A DNA stretch of 64,000 nucleotides from an uncultured delta proteobacterium (GTDB lineage: Bacteria > Desulfobacterota > Desulfuromonadia > Desulfuromonadales > BM103), in contig CAVQRZ010000030.1 in assembly GCA_963715335.1 (NCBI GenBank), positions 14,941 to 78,940 of the forward strand. Reading direction: 5' to 3'. Numbering within the stretch: position 1 is the stretch's first letter; the number at the start of each line of letters is the position of its first letter. Positions 48,098 to 58,363 of this stretch are shown one piece after another. A program made the position numbers and the translations under genes. The notes beneath the pieces were generated by a model. It made no database searches. It had not been told where the DNA came from and was given only the letters and a program-made list of their open reading frames with translations.

Positions 48098-49897
48098 ATG
48101 AGTCTACAAGCTACTATTTACCTCGTTGTCGGCCTTACCTTTGCCCTGTATATCGGTATCGCCATCTGGGCACGCGCGGGCAGCACGTCTGAATTCTACG
48201 TTGCTGGCAGCGGTGTCCACCCGGTCCTGAACGGTATGGCGACCGGTGCTGACTGGATGTCCGCAGCGTCCTTCATCTCCATGGCTGGCCTGATCGCCAA
48301 CATGGGTTACGGCGGTGGTCTGTTCCTGATGGGTTGGACCGGCGGTTATTGCCTGCTGGCGATGCTGTTGGCACCTTACCTGCGTAAGTTCGGCAAGTAT
48401 ACCGTGCCCCAGTTCTTTGGCGACCGCTTCTATTCCAAGGGTGCCAGCTCGGTGGCCGTTGTCTGCCTGCTGATCGCATCGACCACCTACATCATCGGCC
48501 AGATGACCGGCGTCGGCGTGGCCTTCTCCCGCTTCCTGGGCGTCTCGAACCATATCGGTATTTTCGTCGGTATGGGCATCGTCTTCGTCTATGCGGTGTT
48601 CGGCGGCATGAAAGGGATCACCTACACCCAGGTCGCCCAGTACTGCGTCCTGATCGTTGCCTACACGATTCCGGCGATCTTCATTTCGATGAGCCTCACC
48701 GGGAACCCGATCCCGCAACTCGGCCTCGGCGGCGATTTCGCCGACACCGGTATTTCCCTGCTCAGCAAGGTCGACCAGGTCGTCACCGACCTCGGTTTCC
48801 CGCAGTACACGACCAGCACCCGCATCAGCACTCTGAACATGTTCGTCTACACCTTCTCGCTGATGATCGGTACCGCCGGTCTGCCTCATGTTATCATCCG
48901 TTTCTTCACGGTGCCCAAGGTTAAGGACGCCCGTGCTTCCGCTGGTTGGGCGCTGGTCTTTATCGCCATCCTGTACACCACCGCTCCGGCCGTTGCCGCC
49001 ATGGCAAAGCTGAACCTGCATGCAACCGTCAACAAGGCAGTCAAAGGCGGCGGCGACATGCTGGCCCCTGAAAACAGCGTCAAGTATGAAGAACGACCCG
49101 ACTGGATGAAGCGCTGGGAAGTCACCGGTCTGCTCAAGTTCGAAGACAAGAACGGCGACGGCCGTATCCAGTACTACAATGGTGCCAGCACGGATCCCAA
49201 GTTTGCTGCCGCCGGCTGGGCAGGTAACGAACTGACGGTCAACTCTGACATCATGGTTCTTGCCAACCCCGAAATCGCCAGGCTGCCCCACTGGGTTATC
49301 GCTCTGGTCGCTGCCGGTGGTCTGGCTGCCGCACTCTCAACCGCTGCCGGTCTTCTGCTGGCGATTTCTTCCGCTATCTCCCATGACCTTCTGAAGGATA
49401 TGTGGATGCCTGACCTCAGCGAGAAGGGCGAATTGCTGGCCGGCAAGATCTCCATGGCGTGTGCGATCATTGTTGCCGGTTACCTCGGCCTCAAGCCGCC
49501 GGACTTCGCGGCCGGTACCGTGGCCATCGCCTTCGGTCTTGCTGCAAGCTCGATCTTCCCCGCCCTGATGATGGGTATCTTCAACAAGAAGATGAACAAG
49601 GAAGGCGCGATTGCCGGCATGCTTTGCGGTATCGGTTTCACCATGTTCTACGTCTTCGCCCACACCGGGATCTTCTATGTCAAAGGGACCGAATATTTCG
49701 CAATGTTCGGTGGTAAGAACTTCATCCTCGGCATCGAGCCGAACGCGATCGGTGGTATCGGTGCATTCGTGAACTTTGGCGTGGCCTACCTGGTCAGCAA
49801 GGTCACACCTGCGCCGCCCGAGCATATTCAGCACCTGGTGGAAAGCGTACGTATCCCCCGCGGTTCCAAGGCTGTTGATGGTTCACACGCACACTAA
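48098..49897 (+). CDS. actP: Cation/acetate symporter (SSS family, ActP-like)
   Basis: ADWMSAASF, GGMKGITYTQ, GTAGLPH, AAALSTAAGLL. Confidence 0.85.
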   Translation: MSLQATIYLVVGLTFALYIGIAIWARAGSTSEFYVAGSGVHPVLNGMATGADWMSAASFISMAGLIANMGYGGGLFLMGWTGGYCLLAMLLAPYLRKFGKYTVPQFFGDRFYSKGASSVAVVCLLIASTTYIIGQMTGVGVAFSRFLGVSNHIGIFVGMGIVFVYAVFGGMKGITYTQVAQYCVLIVAYTIPAIFISMSLTGNPIPQLGLGGDFADTGISLLSKVDQVVTDLGFPQYTTSTRISTLNMFVYTFSLMIGTAGLPHVIIRFFTVPKVKDARASAGWALVFIAILYTTAPAVAAMAKLNLHATVNKAVKGGGDMLAPENSVKYEERPDWMKRWEVTGLLKFEDKNGDGRIQYYNGASTDPKFAAAGWAGNELTVNSDIMVLANPEIARLPHWVIALVAAGGLAAALSTAAGLLLAISSAISHDLLKDMWMPDLSEKGELLAGKISMACAIIVAGYLGLKPPDFAAGTVAIAFGLAASSIFPALMMGIFNKKMNKEGAIAGMLCGIGFTMFYVFAHTGIFYVKGTEYFAMFGGKNFILGIEPNAIGGIGAFVNFGVAYLVSKVTPAPPEHIQHLVESVRIPRGSKAVDGSHAH

Positions 49898-49943
49898 GCT
49901 TTCAGTGCAAATGCTCTGATTGGGTTTTTGCCTGATCATTTGA

Positions 49944-49972
49944 CCCCGCCAGCCAGCCTGGCGGGGTTTTTT
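49944..49972 (+). terminator. Rho-independent terminator
   Basis: CCCCGCCAG-loop-CTGGCGGGG followed by a T run. Confidence 0.8.
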
Positions 49973-50063
49973 TCAAGTTTTTTATTGATTGGCCTGACAA
50001 CCTCTAGTAAAAAAGTTAAAAAATTATCCCTGGCCACCGATGCAGGGCGACTTGGAGTAAAGA

Positions 50064-50462
50064 ATGCTTTTCGATATAAGTTCCGCGATTACCTGGCTGC
50101 TCTTTCTGGCCTTCTTCCCCATGGCGTTTATCTGGTTACGCAGGGCTTACCGGATTTTCGTCGAAAAGGATTATTCAGAGGTCGCGCTGAAACGCGGTGA
50201 GGCACCGGAGAACCCTGCAAAATGGGCGCCTGCAACCGGCATTGTCAACCTCCTGGCGGGAGGGACCGCACTCGTGACGATTATCGGTGTCCTGCTTACC
50301 TTTGCCGGCTTCCCGAATATCTTCTCCCCATACAAAAACTGGAGCGCGATTGCCGGTGTGACAATCTGGTTCAAGGTCTTTGCCGATTATATTGTCAGCC
50401 GTCAGGCTCACCCGTTCATTATCAAGAATGACAAGGACAAAGACAAAAAAAGCAAAGACTGA
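50064..50462 (+). CDS. Hypothetical membrane protein
   Basis: 132 aa, three hydrophobic segments, GGAG RBS. Confidence 0.75.
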   Translation: MLFDISSAITWLLFLAFFPMAFIWLRRAYRIFVEKDYSEVALKRGEAPENPAKWAPATGIVNLLAGGTALVTIIGVLLTFAGFPNIFSPYKNWSAIAGVTIWFKVFADYIVSRQAHPFIIKNDKDKDKKSKD

Positions 50463-50555
50463 GCCTGTCCTGAATTGAAGTCATGTAATATCACTGCGAC
50501 GATTTGTTACAATTCCAGATAAATCAGACGAGCGAAAGTCGAAAGGAAAAAGCCT

Positions 50556-50936
50556 ATGACTTATCGAATGATACACTCCTGTATCCGGGTCATGAATCTG
50601 GAGAGGTCGGAAAAGTTTTATACGGAAGCGCTCGGTTTTACAGTGGCGCGTCGCAAGGATTACTCTGAGCACAAGTTCACTTTGAGCTATCTGCGCTCGC
50701 CTGGCAGCGACTTCGAACTCGAGCTGACCTGGAACCATGATCAGGCCGAACCCTACGAACTGGGGAACGGTTACTCCCATCTCGCCGTGTCCGTCGCGGA
50801 CCTGGAAGCTTCGCACAAACGCCACGAGGAGCTGGGCCTGGGGCCGAAGCCTCTCAAAGGCCTGCCGGGCCAGGGCGCGCGTTTCTACTTCCTGTCAGAT
50901 CCGGACGGATACCTGGTTGAGGTCGTCAGGGCATAG
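50556..50936 (+). CDS. gloA: Lactoylglutathione lyase (glyoxalase I family)
   Basis: HSCIRV, ELELTWN, GYSHLA, DPDGYLVE. Confidence 0.85.
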   Translation: MTYRMIHSCIRVMNLERSEKFYTEALGFTVARRKDYSEHKFTLSYLRSPGSDFELELTWNHDQAEPYELGNGYSHLAVSVADLEASHKRHEELGLGPKPLKGLPGQGARFYFLSDPDGYLVEVVRA

Positions 50937-51122
50937 TCAGCAAGAGAATGATGACTGAAGTGATCGCCTGCTGCATGGTTCACGTCCTTTTCGTCAAATA
51001 ACAGCAGGGCCTTTTCTGCACACTGAAACGTGCAGAAAGTAAAATATTAATCGATGTATAAGGATTGTTTTCCTTAGGGAAACAAAAGGCGGGTTCTTTG
51101 ACCAAGAACCCGCCTTTTATTA

Positions 51123-51198
51123 TGGAGCCGCTGATCCGACTCGAACGGACGACCTGCTCATTACGAGTGAGCTGCTCTACCAGCTGAGCTACAGCGGC
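51123..51198 (-). tRNA. tRNA-Thr(CGT)
   Basis: 76-nt cloverleaf GCCGCTGTAGCTCAG...CT CGT AA...GTTCGA...GGCTCCA; terminator at 51084-51118. Confidence 0.96.
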
Positions 51199-51295
51199 AA
51201 ACTTTGATAAGATTCAGTTGTTTAGCACAATCTCAATGCTCTTTCAATCAATTTTAGGTGTTGGTATGAACGCGCTAACCGATAAATCCTTGTGC

Positions 51296-52443
51296 TCAGG
51301 AGAGACCTTTCTCCAGGTCTTCCCACAAATCCTCAATATCTTCGAGGCCGATCGATATGCGCAGCAACCTCTTTGAGATCCCCTGGCGGATTTTGTCCTC
51401 TGCAGGGATTGCTCCGTGCGACATTGACCAGCAATGCGTGAGAATGGTTTCAACGCCGCCAAGGCTGGGCGCAATGATTGGCAGTTTGACGCCAGCAAGA
51501 AGCTTTTTCACCTGCTGCTCTTCGCGGAGCTCAAAAGAAAGCACTGCCCCTGCCCCGCAAGCCTGGGAGAAATGCAGCTCTCGACCTGCGAAATTATCCA
51601 GCCCCGGGTACCATACCCTGCCGACTGCCGGATGTTCGAGAAGACGGCGGGCCAGTTCATCGGTTGCACTTTGTGCCGCGTCCAGCCTCACCTTGAGGGT
51701 TTTGATCCCTCGTGAGAGCAGAAAAGAATCAAAGGGTGACAGGACCGCACCGAACGCATTCTGAAAGTATTTGAGACGTTTGCCAAGGGCGCTATCACTG
51801 ACTGCAGTAACACCGGCCAGGATGTCGCTGTGGCCGCCGAGAAACTTGGTTGCACTGTGAATGGTTATATCAATGCCGAGATCAAGCGGACGTTGCAGCA
51901 AAGGAGTCATGAAGGTGTTGTCGAGCATGCTGATCAGGCCGTGTTGCCTGGCGAGTCCAACCATTGCTCGCAGATCGGTGATCCGGAACAGCGGATTGGA
52001 TGGGGTTTCGAGAAAAAGGGCCCTGGTCTGCGGGGTAATGGCAGCCTTTACAGCCGTCTGTGTCCGTCGTGTCAACCAGGCTGCAGGTAATGCCCTTCTG
52101 CGGCAGGACTCCGGTGATGAAACGCCAGGACCCCCCATACAGGTCAGCAGAAGCAACCAGGTGGTCACCGCTTTCGAGCAGGGCAAGAGCGCTGCCGATG
52201 GCGGCCATTCCAGAGGAATATGCAAAACCGCGGGTCCCCCCTTCGAGAAGAGCAATGGCCTCTTCAACCTGCTCCCGGCTTGGGTTGCCGCTACGGGCGT
52301 AGTCGTACTCTCCGGGGACACCCTTCTGGATGATGGTAGGTGGACGCCTGGTAGATCGGCACGGTTGCAGCTCCGGTCGCAGGGTCACGATCCTTGCCCT
52401 GGTGGACCAGTAAAGTCGCAGGGCGATATTTTGTATCTGTCAT
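51296..52443 (-). pseudogene. metC: Cystathionine beta-lyase-like PLP enzyme with two frameshifts
   Basis: PIYQASTY, YARSGNP..SSGMAAI and ETPSNP..SATKFLGGHSD lie in three successive frames. Confidence 0.78.
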
Positions 52444-52493
52444 TTCTACAGCTCCTAAAAATTGAGCATTTTGAATAAAACAATAAAAAAGAC

Positions 52494-52595
52494 AACGCAA
52501 AGGTGCAAAAGGGAAAGAAAGACAAAAGAGACAATTTTCAAAAAGTTAAACTCCTCAAGCTTTGCGTCTTGTCTTGTCCTTTGCGTTTTTGCGTT
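52494..52595. repeat. Imperfect inverted repeat built of ACGCAAAG-like units
   Basis: AACGCAAAGGTGCAAAAG... pairs with ...CTTTGCGTTTTTGCGTT. Confidence 0.6.
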
Positions 52596-52626
52596 ATATT
52601 TCCGTTCATTCTGTCATTAAGTTGCA

Positions 52627-53778
52627 TCAGGCCAAAGCTTGTTCAAGATCAGCGATGATGTCTTCCGGGGACTCCGTACCGACTGATAAGCGCAACAGGC
52701 GCTCACAGATGCCAAGACGCAGTCGCTCGGCTTCGGGGATGTCGCCATGAGTCTGAACGGCCGGCAGCGTCATCAGCGATTCGACGCCACCCAGGCTTTC
52801 GGCAAAGGAGATCAGTCGCAGACGCTTGAGGGTTGTTCGTGCGGTTTCTGCCGTGTCGACCCGAAATGAGAGCATACCGCCAAAACCACTAGCCTGCCTG
52901 CATGATAGATCATGGCCGGGATGTTCCGCCAGTCCCGGATAGTATATGTCGGTGACTTTCGGGTGATTTTTCAACCAGTCGGCAACCAGCATGGCGTTTT
53001 TGCAGTGGCGTTCGATGCGCAGCGTCAGGGTTTTGAGACTTCGCAGCAGCAGCCAGCAGTCAATCGGCGGCAGGATCGCTCCAGTAGAATTCTGCAGAAA
53101 ATAAAGCCTTTCAGCCAGAGCCTGCTCCCGGGCGATCAGTACGCCGGCACAGAGGTCATTGTGTCCGCCGAGGTACTTGGTCGCGCTGTAGATAACCAGG
53201 TCCGCACCGAATTCAAGGGGGCGCTGCAGGATCGGACTCAAAAAGGTATTGTCGACAGCGTAGAGAAGCTTGTATTGACGGCATAACTTGCCGAGCGCCT
53301 CCAGGTCCGAGATCCCGAGCAGCGGGTTCCCCGGGGTTTCAAGCAGAAGGGCTTTGGTCTTATCCGAGATTGCGGATTCGACCGCTTTGGTATTGGTTGT
53401 ATCGACATAAGTCGCGGTCAGACCAAATCCGGCGAAAATCTGGTCAAGGACGCGATAGGTCCCGCCGTAAAGATCTTCACTGACGACCATGTGGTCGCCA
53501 TGGGAAAAATGCAGAAAAAAAGTCGTCAATGCGGCCATCCCCGAAGAGAAAACCAGCCCGCGGACGCCACCTTCCAGTTCTGCCAAACCCGCTTCGAGGA
53601 CCTGCCTGGTCGGGTTCCCGGATCGGGTGTAGTCATACCCGGTCGATTCACCGACCCCGGGGTGGCGATAGGTGGCACTCGGGTGGATCGGCATGCTGAT
53701 CGCTCCGGTCCGGTCGTCGAAGCCGACACCGAGCTGTACCAGCCTGGTTTCGAGGGTGTAAGGTTTTACGCTGTTCAT
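52627..53778 (-). CDS. Cystathionine gamma-synthase-like PLP enzyme (MetI/MetB)
   Basis: YTRSGNPTR, SSGMAA, SATKYLGGHND, ESLGGVES. Confidence 0.88.
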   Translation of the reverse strand: MNSVKPYTLETRLVQLGVGFDDRTGAISMPIHPSATYRHPGVGESTGYDYTRSGNPTRQVLEAGLAELEGGVRGLVFSSGMAALTTFFLHFSHGDHMVVSEDLYGGTYRVLDQIFAGFGLTATYVDTTNTKAVESAISDKTKALLLETPGNPLLGISDLEALGKLCRQYKLLYAVDNTFLSPILQRPLEFGADLVIYSATKYLGGHNDLCAGVLIAREQALAERLYFLQNSTGAILPPIDCWLLLRSLKTLTLRIERHCKNAMLVADWLKNHPKVTDIYYPGLAEHPGHDLSCRQASGFGGMLSFRVDTAETARTTLKRLRLISFAESLGGVESLMTLPAVQTHGDIPEAERLRLGICERLLRLSVGTESPEDIIADLEQALA

Positions 53779-53810
53779 CTGACCTCCTCAAGGTAATGGA
53801 GAAGAGAATG

Positions 53811-53842
53811 AAAAAGCCCCTTCTCGGATTGTGAGAAGGGGC
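53811..53842 (-). terminator. Riboswitch expression-platform terminator
   Basis: Minus strand GCCCCTTCTC-loop-GAGAAGGGGCTTTTT between aptamer and start codon. Confidence 0.8.
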
Positions 53843-53879
53843 CTGAAGAGACAATCATGGAATGTTCTCTAAGCTCCGT

Positions 53880-54001
53880 CCTCATCTTCCTCCGGATCTC
53901 CGGAGCAGGAATTAGCACCTGTCATCCGCCATCGCTGTAAGCTAGTGCAGATCGGTTGCTGTGGTTTCGCAGGGCCTGTCCCTCCACCACTCTCGATAAA
54001 G
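53880..54001 (-). ncRNA. SAM-I (S-box) riboswitch
   Basis: TTATCGAGAGTGGTGGAGGGACAGGCCC..GCAACC..GGTGCTAATTCC..GATGAG upstream of met genes. Confidence 0.93.
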
Positions 54002-54112
54002 ACGCTGCTGGCAAGCAGCTATTTGACAACAGAAATAAAGAATTGAAAGGCAATTGTCAACGAAAAAAGTAATGATTGAACCCTGTCAATTCCCGACGCA
54101 CTGGTGAAAATC

Positions 54113-55069
54113 TCAGGAGATTCCCTCGTAGAGCACACTGCTCAGGTAGCGCTCGCCAGAGTCGGGAAGAATGACCACGATGGTTTTCCCCTTGTATTTC
54201 GGAAGTGCGGCGAGCCTTGCCGCAACCGCTACCGCTGCACCGCAGGAGATGCCGGCCAGGATCCCCTCTTCCTGAGCCAGGCGTCTGGCATACTTGATCG
54301 CCTCGTCGTTGCTGACCTGTTCTACACAGTCAACCAGTCCCAACTCCAGCGTGTCCGGGATAAATCCAGCGCCTATCCCCTGGATCTTGTGTGGCCCTGG
54401 CTCGAGAACTTTGCCGGCGAGCTTCTGGGTAATCACCGGGCTGTCCTCAGGTTCAACGGCAACCGAGGTGATTTGCTTGCCGCGAATTTCCTTGAAATAT
54501 CTGGATACTCCGGTGATGGTGCCGCCGGTGCCGACCCCGGCAACGAAAACGTCAACATTACCATCGGTGTCTTGCCAGATCTCAGGTCCCGTGGTTTTGA
54601 CATGAATCGCCGGATTTGCCGGATTCTTGAATTGGTTCAAGAGAAGATAGCGGGCCGGATCACTGGCAGCAATTGCTTCCGCTTCTGCTATGGCACCGCT
54701 CATCCCCTTGGGGCCGGGCGTGAGGACCAGGTTGGCGCCAAGGGCCTTGAGAACCTTGCGGCGTTCCAGGCTCATTGTTTCCGGCATGGTCAAGGTGATC
54801 GGAATGCCGCGAGCGGCGGCGACGAAGGCCAGCGCAATTCCGGTGTTGCCGCTGGTCGGCTCGATCAGCTCCCGTCCGGGGCCGAGCAGGCCTTTCTCTT
54901 CGGCGTCCCAGATCATCGACGCACCGATGCGGCATTTGACCGAATAGGCAGGGTTACGCCCTTCGATCTTGGCGAGAATTGTAGCGCCGTCTTTGGCCCC
55001 TACACGATTCAAGCGCACCAGCGGTGTACGCCCTATCGACAGTGAATTATCTAAATAAACCTGGCTCAT
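54113..55069 (-). CDS. cysK: Cysteine synthase A
   Basis: [31 protein letters not shown]. Confidence 0.95.
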   Translation of the reverse strand: MSQVYLDNSLSIGRTPLVRLNRVGAKDGATILAKIEGRNPAYSVKCRIGASMIWDAEEKGLLGPGRELIEPTSGNTGIALAFVAAARGIPITLTMPETMSLERRKVLKALGANLVLTPGPKGMSGAIAEAEAIAASDPARYLLLNQFKNPANPAIHVKTTGPEIWQDTDGNVDVFVAGVGTGGTITGVSRYFKEIRGKQITSVAVEPEDSPVITQKLAGKVLEPGPHKIQGIGAGFIPDTLELGLVDCVEQVSNDEAIKYARRLAQEEGILAGISCGAAVAVAARLAALPKYKGKTIVVILPDSGERYLSSVLYEGIS

Positions 55070-55358
55070 ATCTGGCTCCTTGCTGCAGGGATGTGGTGAT
55101 CGTTTCATTGAAATCATATGGAGGCATACCGCGTGCGCTGTACTCGGAAAGTTGCTCACCTGGTGCGGATTAAAGCCCACAAGAATAGTATGTATAAGAA
55201 CATAATAAAACGTATTGATTTAGTCAAGAATTAAAAATCTCAATTAACGTATTTATGTGTTAATAAGAGGTGCCAGGCGTTTGGAAGGGAGCAGGAATAA
55301 AAATACCTCTGCCATCAAGTCGGCAAAGGTATTTTTGTGTTGCTGAGGCGAGTGCTGG

Positions 55359-55526
55359 TCAGTGGCGCGTATGGCACTTGGCGCAAGGGAAGGTATCAAT
55401 GTCCTGGTCGTTGTACTTGCACTCATCGCAAGACATCTCCAGTTCTCCCCAGACCGGCTTGGTGAAATTAGGGGTCTTTGTGGAGAGTTTGCTGCTTTTG
55501 GCTTTTTTGAGCAAGTCCTTTTGCAT
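55359..55526 (-). CDS. Small 55-aa Cys-rich protein
   Basis: MQKDLLKK...CDECK...CAKCHTRH; AAAGGAG RBS; below the ORF-track cutoff. Confidence 0.65.
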   Translation of the reverse strand: MQKDLLKKAKSSKLSTKTPNFTKPVWGELEMSCDECKYNDQDIDTFPCAKCHTRH

Positions 55527-55715
55527 GGCTCTCTCCTTTCAGAAATAAATAGCGCCACGGAGAGTACATGTTAACCGAAGTTACTAAAATATCAAGCCTT
55601 TGCATTTTACTGCGCGGTACTTACCAGCCGGGGGTTGCTCAAAGGATTATCTGTTTAGACTAAAAGAAGTATTAAGGAAAAATGTGCAGAAAAGGGCATT
55701 GACCACAGGACAAAA

Positions 55716-56441
55716 TCAGCCGCCGAGATAGGCCTTTTTGACTTCAGGATTGCCAAGCAATTCTTTGCTGGTGCCTTCGGCGGCGAGTTCGCCGGTATCG
55801 AGGACATAGCCCCTGTGGGCAAGGTGCAGAGCCAGGTTGGCGTTCTGCTCGACCAGCAGGATCGTCATGCCCTCTTCGTTGAGCCTTTTGAGGGTGCGGA
55901 ACAGATCGTACTTAAGTCGCGGCGCCAGACCCATAGATGGTTCGTCAAGCAGCAGGAAGTTGCACCCGGTCATCAAGGCGCGGCCAACCGCGAGCATCTG
56001 CTGTTCTCCGCCAGACAAAGATTCACTGCGTTGCTTGCGACGTTCATGAAGTCGAGGGAAAAGATCAAACACCCTCTGGTATTCGTTCTTGAGATCGGCA
56101 TCCCTTCCACGGGAGTAGGTCGCCAGTTCCAGATTCTCCATAACGGTCAGGTTGCCGAAGATGCGCCTGCCTTCGGGAACCAGGGCCATTTTGAGCTGTT
56201 TGACAATATCGCTCGGGCGGGTCTTGAGGATCGATTCACCGCGGAACTTGATATCGCCGGCGATAATTCGCGGAGCCTCAGGAGGGGCCAGTCGACAGAT
56301 GCTGTGCAGACAAGTGGTTTTCCCGGCGCCGTTGGCACCGATCAGAGTTACGATTTCACCCTCGTTGACATGGAAGCTGACCCCGTGCAGTGGTTGGATG
56401 TTACCGTACTTGACCTCGAGATTTTCGACGGAGAGTAGCAT
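55716..56441 (-). CDS. livF: Branched-chain amino acid ABC ATPase
   Basis: GANGAGKT, VPEGR, LSGGEQQM, DEPSMG. Confidence 0.92.
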   Translation of the reverse strand: MLLSVENLEVKYGNIQPLHGVSFHVNEGEIVTLIGANGAGKTTCLHSICRLAPPEAPRIIAGDIKFRGESILKTRPSDIVKQLKMALVPEGRRIFGNLTVMENLELATYSRGRDADLKNEYQRVFDLFPRLHERRKQRSESLSGGEQQMLAVGRALMTGCNFLLLDEPSMGLAPRLKYDLFRTLKRLNEEGMTILLVEQNANLALHLAHRGYVLDTGELAAEGTSKELLGNPEVKKAYLGG

Positions 56442-57244
56442 CAGATCGTTTCGTCTCCCAGGTATGCGGTAATAACTGCCGGGTGATTGCGAATTTCCTC
56501 CGGGACACCCTCGGCGATAGTTTCACCAAAATCGATAACCTTGATGTGCGTACAGAGCTCCATCATGACGTCCATGTGATGCTCTATCATCCAGATGGTG
56601 ACATCGAAATGGGTATGAATCCAGCGCACCAGACGAATTAACTCGTGTATGTCAGAAGAATTCAGACCGGCGGCAGGTTCGTCGAGGAGTAGTAATTCCG
56701 GTTTGCTTGAGAGTGCTCTGGCAATCTCAAGTTTGCGTTGGGTGCCGTAAGGAAGATTCTTGGGATATTCGTCTGCGAAATCCTGCAAATCAAAGACTTC
56801 CAGTAGTTCGCGGGCATCCTCTTCGATTTGACGTTCACGCGATTGGTAGCGACCGCTACGGGCAATCGCGTGAAAGAAGCCGTACTCCAGTTTCCCATGC
56901 TGAGCCACGCGGATATTGTCCAGCACTGACATGTCATTCCACAGGCGGATGTTCTGAAAGGTACGTGCGACACCCAGACCAGTCACCTGGTGAGGTTTCA
57001 TCCCGGCAGTGTTGACGCCGTTAACCAGAATCTCACCGCTACTCGGCTGATAGAACCCGCTGGTTATGTTGAACACAGTGGTTTTGCCAGCACCGTTCGG
57101 GCCAATCAAGCCGATCAACTCCCCCGTTCCCAGGCTTATGTTGAAGTTAGAAACAGCCTTCAACCCGCCAAATTGTTGGGTCAGGTTCCTGATCTCGAGA
57201 ACCGGTGCTGACTTTATGTCTGTAAGAGCTTTAGTCATCATCAT
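56441..57244 (-). CDS. livG: Branched-chain amino acid ABC ATPase
   Basis: GPNGAGKT, ARTFQN, LPYG, DEPAAG. Confidence 0.92.
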   Translation of the reverse strand: MMMTKALTDIKSAPVLEIRNLTQQFGGLKAVSNFNISLGTGELIGLIGPNGAGKTTVFNITSGFYQPSSGEILVNGVNTAGMKPHQVTGLGVARTFQNIRLWNDMSVLDNIRVAQHGKLEYGFFHAIARSGRYQSRERQIEEDARELLEVFDLQDFADEYPKNLPYGTQRKLEIARALSSKPELLLLDEPAAGLNSSDIHELIRLVRWIHTHFDVTIWMIEHHMDVMMELCTHIKVIDFGETIAEGVPEEIRNHPAVITAYLGDETI

Positions 57245-57253
57245 AAGGTGAAA

Positions 57254-58270
57254 TTATTTGAATTTATAAAAACGCTTCAGCCACGGGAAAATGTCCGACA
57301 ATTCCTTGTTGCCCATAATGCCCTCGGGGCGGAACTGCATAACTATGATCAGCAACAACGGGATAACCACCCACTTTATGATCTGCAGCGGACGCAGGGC
57401 TTCAAGCAGCAAGGTAAAGATAACCGCCGAAAGGACCGCGCCGCTCATTGAAGCCATCCCTCCCAGGTAAACCATCACCAGGACCTCGGTCGATTTAAGG
57501 ATGTTGAAAGATCCAGGATTTACGTACCCGATGATGTAAGCAAAGAGACCTCCGCCAATCCCGGCCAAACCAGAGGAAACCATGAAGGTAATCGTCTTGA
57601 TTTTATTGGTATTGACGCTCATGATCTCAGCCGCTACTTCGTCCTGGCAGATGGCATTGACCCCTTTTCCGAAGGTCGAAGAGACATAGCGGCGGATCGT
57701 CCAGACGCAGAGAATGGTAAAAATAAAGACCCAGATCGGCATCCAGGGCAGATCGACAACATCTCCCATCGCTGAGACCACGCTTTTCATCCCCATAAAA
57801 CCACGTGAACCGCCTATTGTGCCAATATTCTCGATGGCACTGATGACAATGTAGTTGGCGGCAATAGTAATAATCGCCAGGTAGTCACCACGAGTCTTAT
57901 AAGACGGGATGGCTACCAGCAGACCAGCCAGTGCGGCGGCGAGGCCACCAACCAGAATGATAAAGGGGAAGGCATAGATGGCCCATTCAGGGTTGAGCAA
58001 CGGCTCGCCAAAGACCTTGTCTTTGGCAAACAGCCAGACGCCGAGCAGCGAGGACACATAGGCGCCGACACACATGAAGCCAGCGTGGCCACAGGAGAAT
58101 TCCCCCATGTTGCCATTGACCAGGTTGAGACTGGTGGAGAGGATTATGTTGACCCCCATGAACATCAGCACTGAGAGCGCGTACAGGCTGAGGAGTTCCT
58201 CGTAGGCCACGTAGGTCAACAGTCCGCCCGAGGTGATCAGGATCAATTGTATGGAGTAACGTCTGAGCAT
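57254..58270 (-). CDS. livM: Branched-chain amino acid ABC permease
   Basis: RGDYLAI, MVYLGG, RPEGIMG. Confidence 0.9.
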   Translation of the reverse strand: MLRRYSIQLILITSGGLLTYVAYEELLSLYALSVLMFMGVNIILSTSLNLVNGNMGEFSCGHAGFMCVGAYVSSLLGVWLFAKDKVFGEPLLNPEWAIYAFPFIILVGGLAAALAGLLVAIPSYKTRGDYLAIITIAANYIVISAIENIGTIGGSRGFMGMKSVVSAMGDVVDLPWMPIWVFIFTILCVWTIRRYVSSTFGKGVNAICQDEVAAEIMSVNTNKIKTITFMVSSGLAGIGGGLFAYIIGYVNPGSFNILKSTEVLVMVYLGGMASMSGAVLSAVIFTLLLEALRPLQIIKWVVIPLLLIIVMQFRPEGIMGNKELSDIFPWLKRFYKFK

Positions 58271-58363
58271 ATAAAATTTGGAATCCAGTATTCAGTATCC
58301 AGGAGCCAGTTGAGATTCAGATGTTAACTTATCATTCTGAGTTCCGGTCACAATTGTCCAATA

